From Basidiobolus meristosporus CBS 931.73 (Eukaryota > Fungi > Basidiobolomycota), in NCBI GenBank assembly GCA_002104905.1, contig MCFE01000305.1, positions 1 through 64,000 on the forward strand: a stretch of 64,000 bases of DNA, in the 5' to 3' direction. Of this stretch, positions 61,359-64,000 are shown piece after piece; the stretch's first letter is position 1, and each line of letters begins with the position of its first letter. The notes under the pieces were generated by a model, which was not told the origin of the DNA, ran no database searches, and worked only from the letters and a program-made list of their open reading frames with translations. Position numbers and translations under genes: made by a program.

Positions 61359-62909
61359 ACCGCTCAACATCTGAGATAGGTGGACGCGCCAATTTACACC
61401 AGAATGGTCGTCTGACCTAACCATTGCCATAAATGGCTGCTCGGTTGACAATTGAAATGCTCCGTGAACATGATGTCTTTGAGAGACATTATGCTAAGGA
61501 AGGGGATTCAGATAGAGCCCCAGGACTTGTCATCGAATGTTATCATTGAACCGCAAGAGGTGGATTGGACGGGCCCATATTGGGAAAGATACATTTGGCT
61601 AGGCTTGTGTGAGCGTGAGCATGAGCGTGTTAGATGAATGAGCACCAAGGCAGTATGAAATGTGAGCGAACCCAGGCGTGGTCAAAGCTTTCGACCTGAG
61701 ACCGAGACGGAATCTTTTATTCCAGGATGAGCGGATTCGGAATGGGCAGCCATGGTAACAAAGCAACATCGCACGTGCCAGCAAGAATACCCTCTCCCTC
61801 GTCAATGTGTTTCGATGATAATCAGGAAAGGGTGGAATCCACTTATCCAGTTCCCACCACAGATCACCAATTGGATGCCGAAACTAGGTAACCTCCCTAG
61901 CACCTAATGAATGGATCAACCGCTCTCAGGCCCCGACTATTCCAGGATTAAGGAGTGGGGGTGTGGCACGAATTGCTATGCTAAGCTAAGGCTATTGCTC
62001 ATCTATGCAGTGGAGTCAGTCCAGATCTGATTAGTTTAGATTGCTTTCAGTCCACACGTAAAGATCGGGGAAAATAAGCCTTATGGCCGATCGTTTTGTT
62101 CACTTCCTGGGTCTAGCGTCCTCAGTTCCTAGCCACGCACTTAATCAATTTCCTGATCGCAAATCCAAGATCCAGTTGTCAGTGTAGCACGATACTGGGA
62201 CGGGGTCAGCTTATCGGTCCACCAAGAGAGCGGTAGCAAGGAGGCGTGCCTACATAGCCACTTGCACACTCACAGGTTAACTCGACTGAGCATCGAGAAA
62301 ACCTTAACATCGATGAAGATTCCTGGCCTGCCTCTGCACATCCAATGGAGCAAATCCCACATCCCCGCGTTACTCTATTCTGGGAATCCGTTTGGCCGTG
62401 CGTTAGGGGCATTGACTTCGAGAGATCTTGACCCCTAGAATGTGGAACGCCCATGTTTCTCAGATCCCACGGCGATGTATATTCGTATATGTGTCGGTAC
62501 ACCAAGGGGGAGATGGTCATTCCGGGTGTGGGCTCGCTTAACTATGGGATACGAGGAAACTGGAAATAACTTGGATTAATCAGCCGAAATCCCTCTGATA
62601 CTTATTGATGCTCAGATCGAGTGATGCCCTAAGGAATTTCCGATACCCAGCGAGCTTCGTATGTACTCCTCCACAGACTGAATGATGCGTATGGACCACT
62701 CTTTTTCCCACTATAAGAGCAGCATGGTCCTCATTTGACCCCATTCATCGCAGCTTGCCCAGTTCATTCCTGACCAAATCAGACCACGCCGCTTATTCAA
62801 AGCCATATATTACTTGCGATAATTAAGCAAAGACCACCAAAGAAAGAGCCACACTTGTAAATACTAGCTAAGGCCACCCGCCCAGTATCCAATTCGTAAT
62901 CACCGAGCC

Positions 62910-63446
62910 ATGGATCTTCGCTTTATTCTGAACATCGAACACCACGAGCCAATCAAGCGTCTCCGCGACGATTCCTCCGAATCTGAGACGGGCTCCAATG
63001 GGGATGAGGGACAGTTGGTGTGCACCTGGGAGCGATGTGGCAAAGAGTTCGCAAGAAACTCGGATATGCTCAGGCACATCCGGGTCCACACTGGGGAACG
63101 GCCCTACAGGTGCGAGACCTGCGGGAAAGGGTTTGTGCAGCGCTCGGCCCTTCGTGTCCATATCCGCACACACACCGGAGAAAAGCCACACCACTGCATG
63201 TACCCAGGATGTGGGAAGATGTTCAGCGATAGCTCGTCTTTCGCCCGCCACAGAAGAACCCACACTGGCGAACGGCCATACGTATGCATGCACCAACACT
63301 GTGGCAAGAGCTACACCAGACGCGTGGCTTTACTCAAGCATCAAAAGAAGCACAGCCTGGATGCACCAATATCGATCAACCTCTTTGAGGCAACCGAACC
63401 ACGTAGATACCAGAAATCCCATGGCCTGTACCATGAGTGCCGGTAG
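62910..63446 (+). CDS. C2H2 zinc-finger transcription factor, four fingers, 178 aa, intronless
   Basis: Four C-x2/4-C...H-x3-H fingers with TGERP/TGEKP linkers. gccATGG start context. CpG-rich intact frame. Confidence 0.93.
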   Translation: MDLRFILNIEHHEPIKRLRDDSSESETGSNGDEGQLVCTWERCGKEFARNSDMLRHIRVHTGERPYRCETCGKGFVQRSALRVHIRTHTGEKPHHCMYPGCGKMFSDSSSFARHRRTHTGERPYVCMHQHCGKSYTRRVALLKHQKKHSLDAPISINLFEATEPRRYQKSHGLYHECR

Positions 63447-64000
63447 ATTCAGACTCCATGAAAATGTGTGTAGATATAGTAGCTAGGCATGTACAAATCA
63501 CCAGTTTATCTGTCATCAGCCCATTCCATTGTTGGATAGAATGGCAATGGACAAATACACATCAAGTATTAAACCTAATTTCCAACCCATGCGACGCACA
63601 GCGTATATCTATGATGTGGTTTCATATTGAACGATGGTCAGCCCCATTCACGAGTATCGGCGATTTAGACACGAGATTATCCAGGGGCTAGCGTGTTGGC
63701 ACACAAAAACCGCTTCGATCGAGCGGTCATCTGATCGGTCGCACCTAACCAAATCCAACGAGTAAAGATTGATCTGAGAAACGGCCATGAGACCTGGAAA
63801 TTCACAACGCATGGGGTACATGGCTACTTGAGGTAGGAAATGCAGGTTTGATATCCCTCAGACTGGGCCACATCGGTGTGCACTCAGATCGTGAAATTGC
63901 CCTAGTAATCATCGATGATAAGACTGCTCTCCATGTACCCGACTACTGTGTACGCGGATGAGCCTCCGTTCACTCCACAGTATAAGAACGGATGGGCCAT

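Noticed and set aside
61000-61451. His/Thr/Tyr-repeat ORFs on the minus strand
   Set aside because: Translations of the microsatellite.
62868-63486. Overlapping ORFs 62868-63299(-), 62998-63486(+), 63020-63232(+), 63104-63307(-)
   Set aside because: Shadow frames of the GC-rich zinc-finger CDS; no independent motifs.

Overview
Eukaryotic, most likely fungal, DNA (short GT-AG introns, fungal-type Ty1/copia, Ty3/gypsy and Tnp2 elements). Bases 1 to ~58.2 kb are an AT-rich, almost CpG-free block of nested, decayed transposons. It holds: (i) five or more copies or fragments of a ~5.4-kb CACTA/CMC-type DNA transposon with CCCTA(C/T)GAAA termini and two divergent ORFs; (ii) three copia LTR families, including one full element with TSD, solo LTRs, and a young 3.3-kb element with 99%-identical LTRs but no coding capacity; (iii) a complete gypsy element with TSD plus other gypsy relics; (iv) a foldback/MITE family whose full form is a ~730-bp hairpin with 3-bp TSDs. 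After a sharp transition at ~58.7 kb the DNA is GC- and CpG-rich and carries two intact host genes: a three-exon single-pass membrane protein (minus strand, 374 aa after splicing) and an intronless four-finger C2H2 transcription factor (plus strand). All alignments and counts were made by eye. No database searches were run, so novelty statements are hypotheses.
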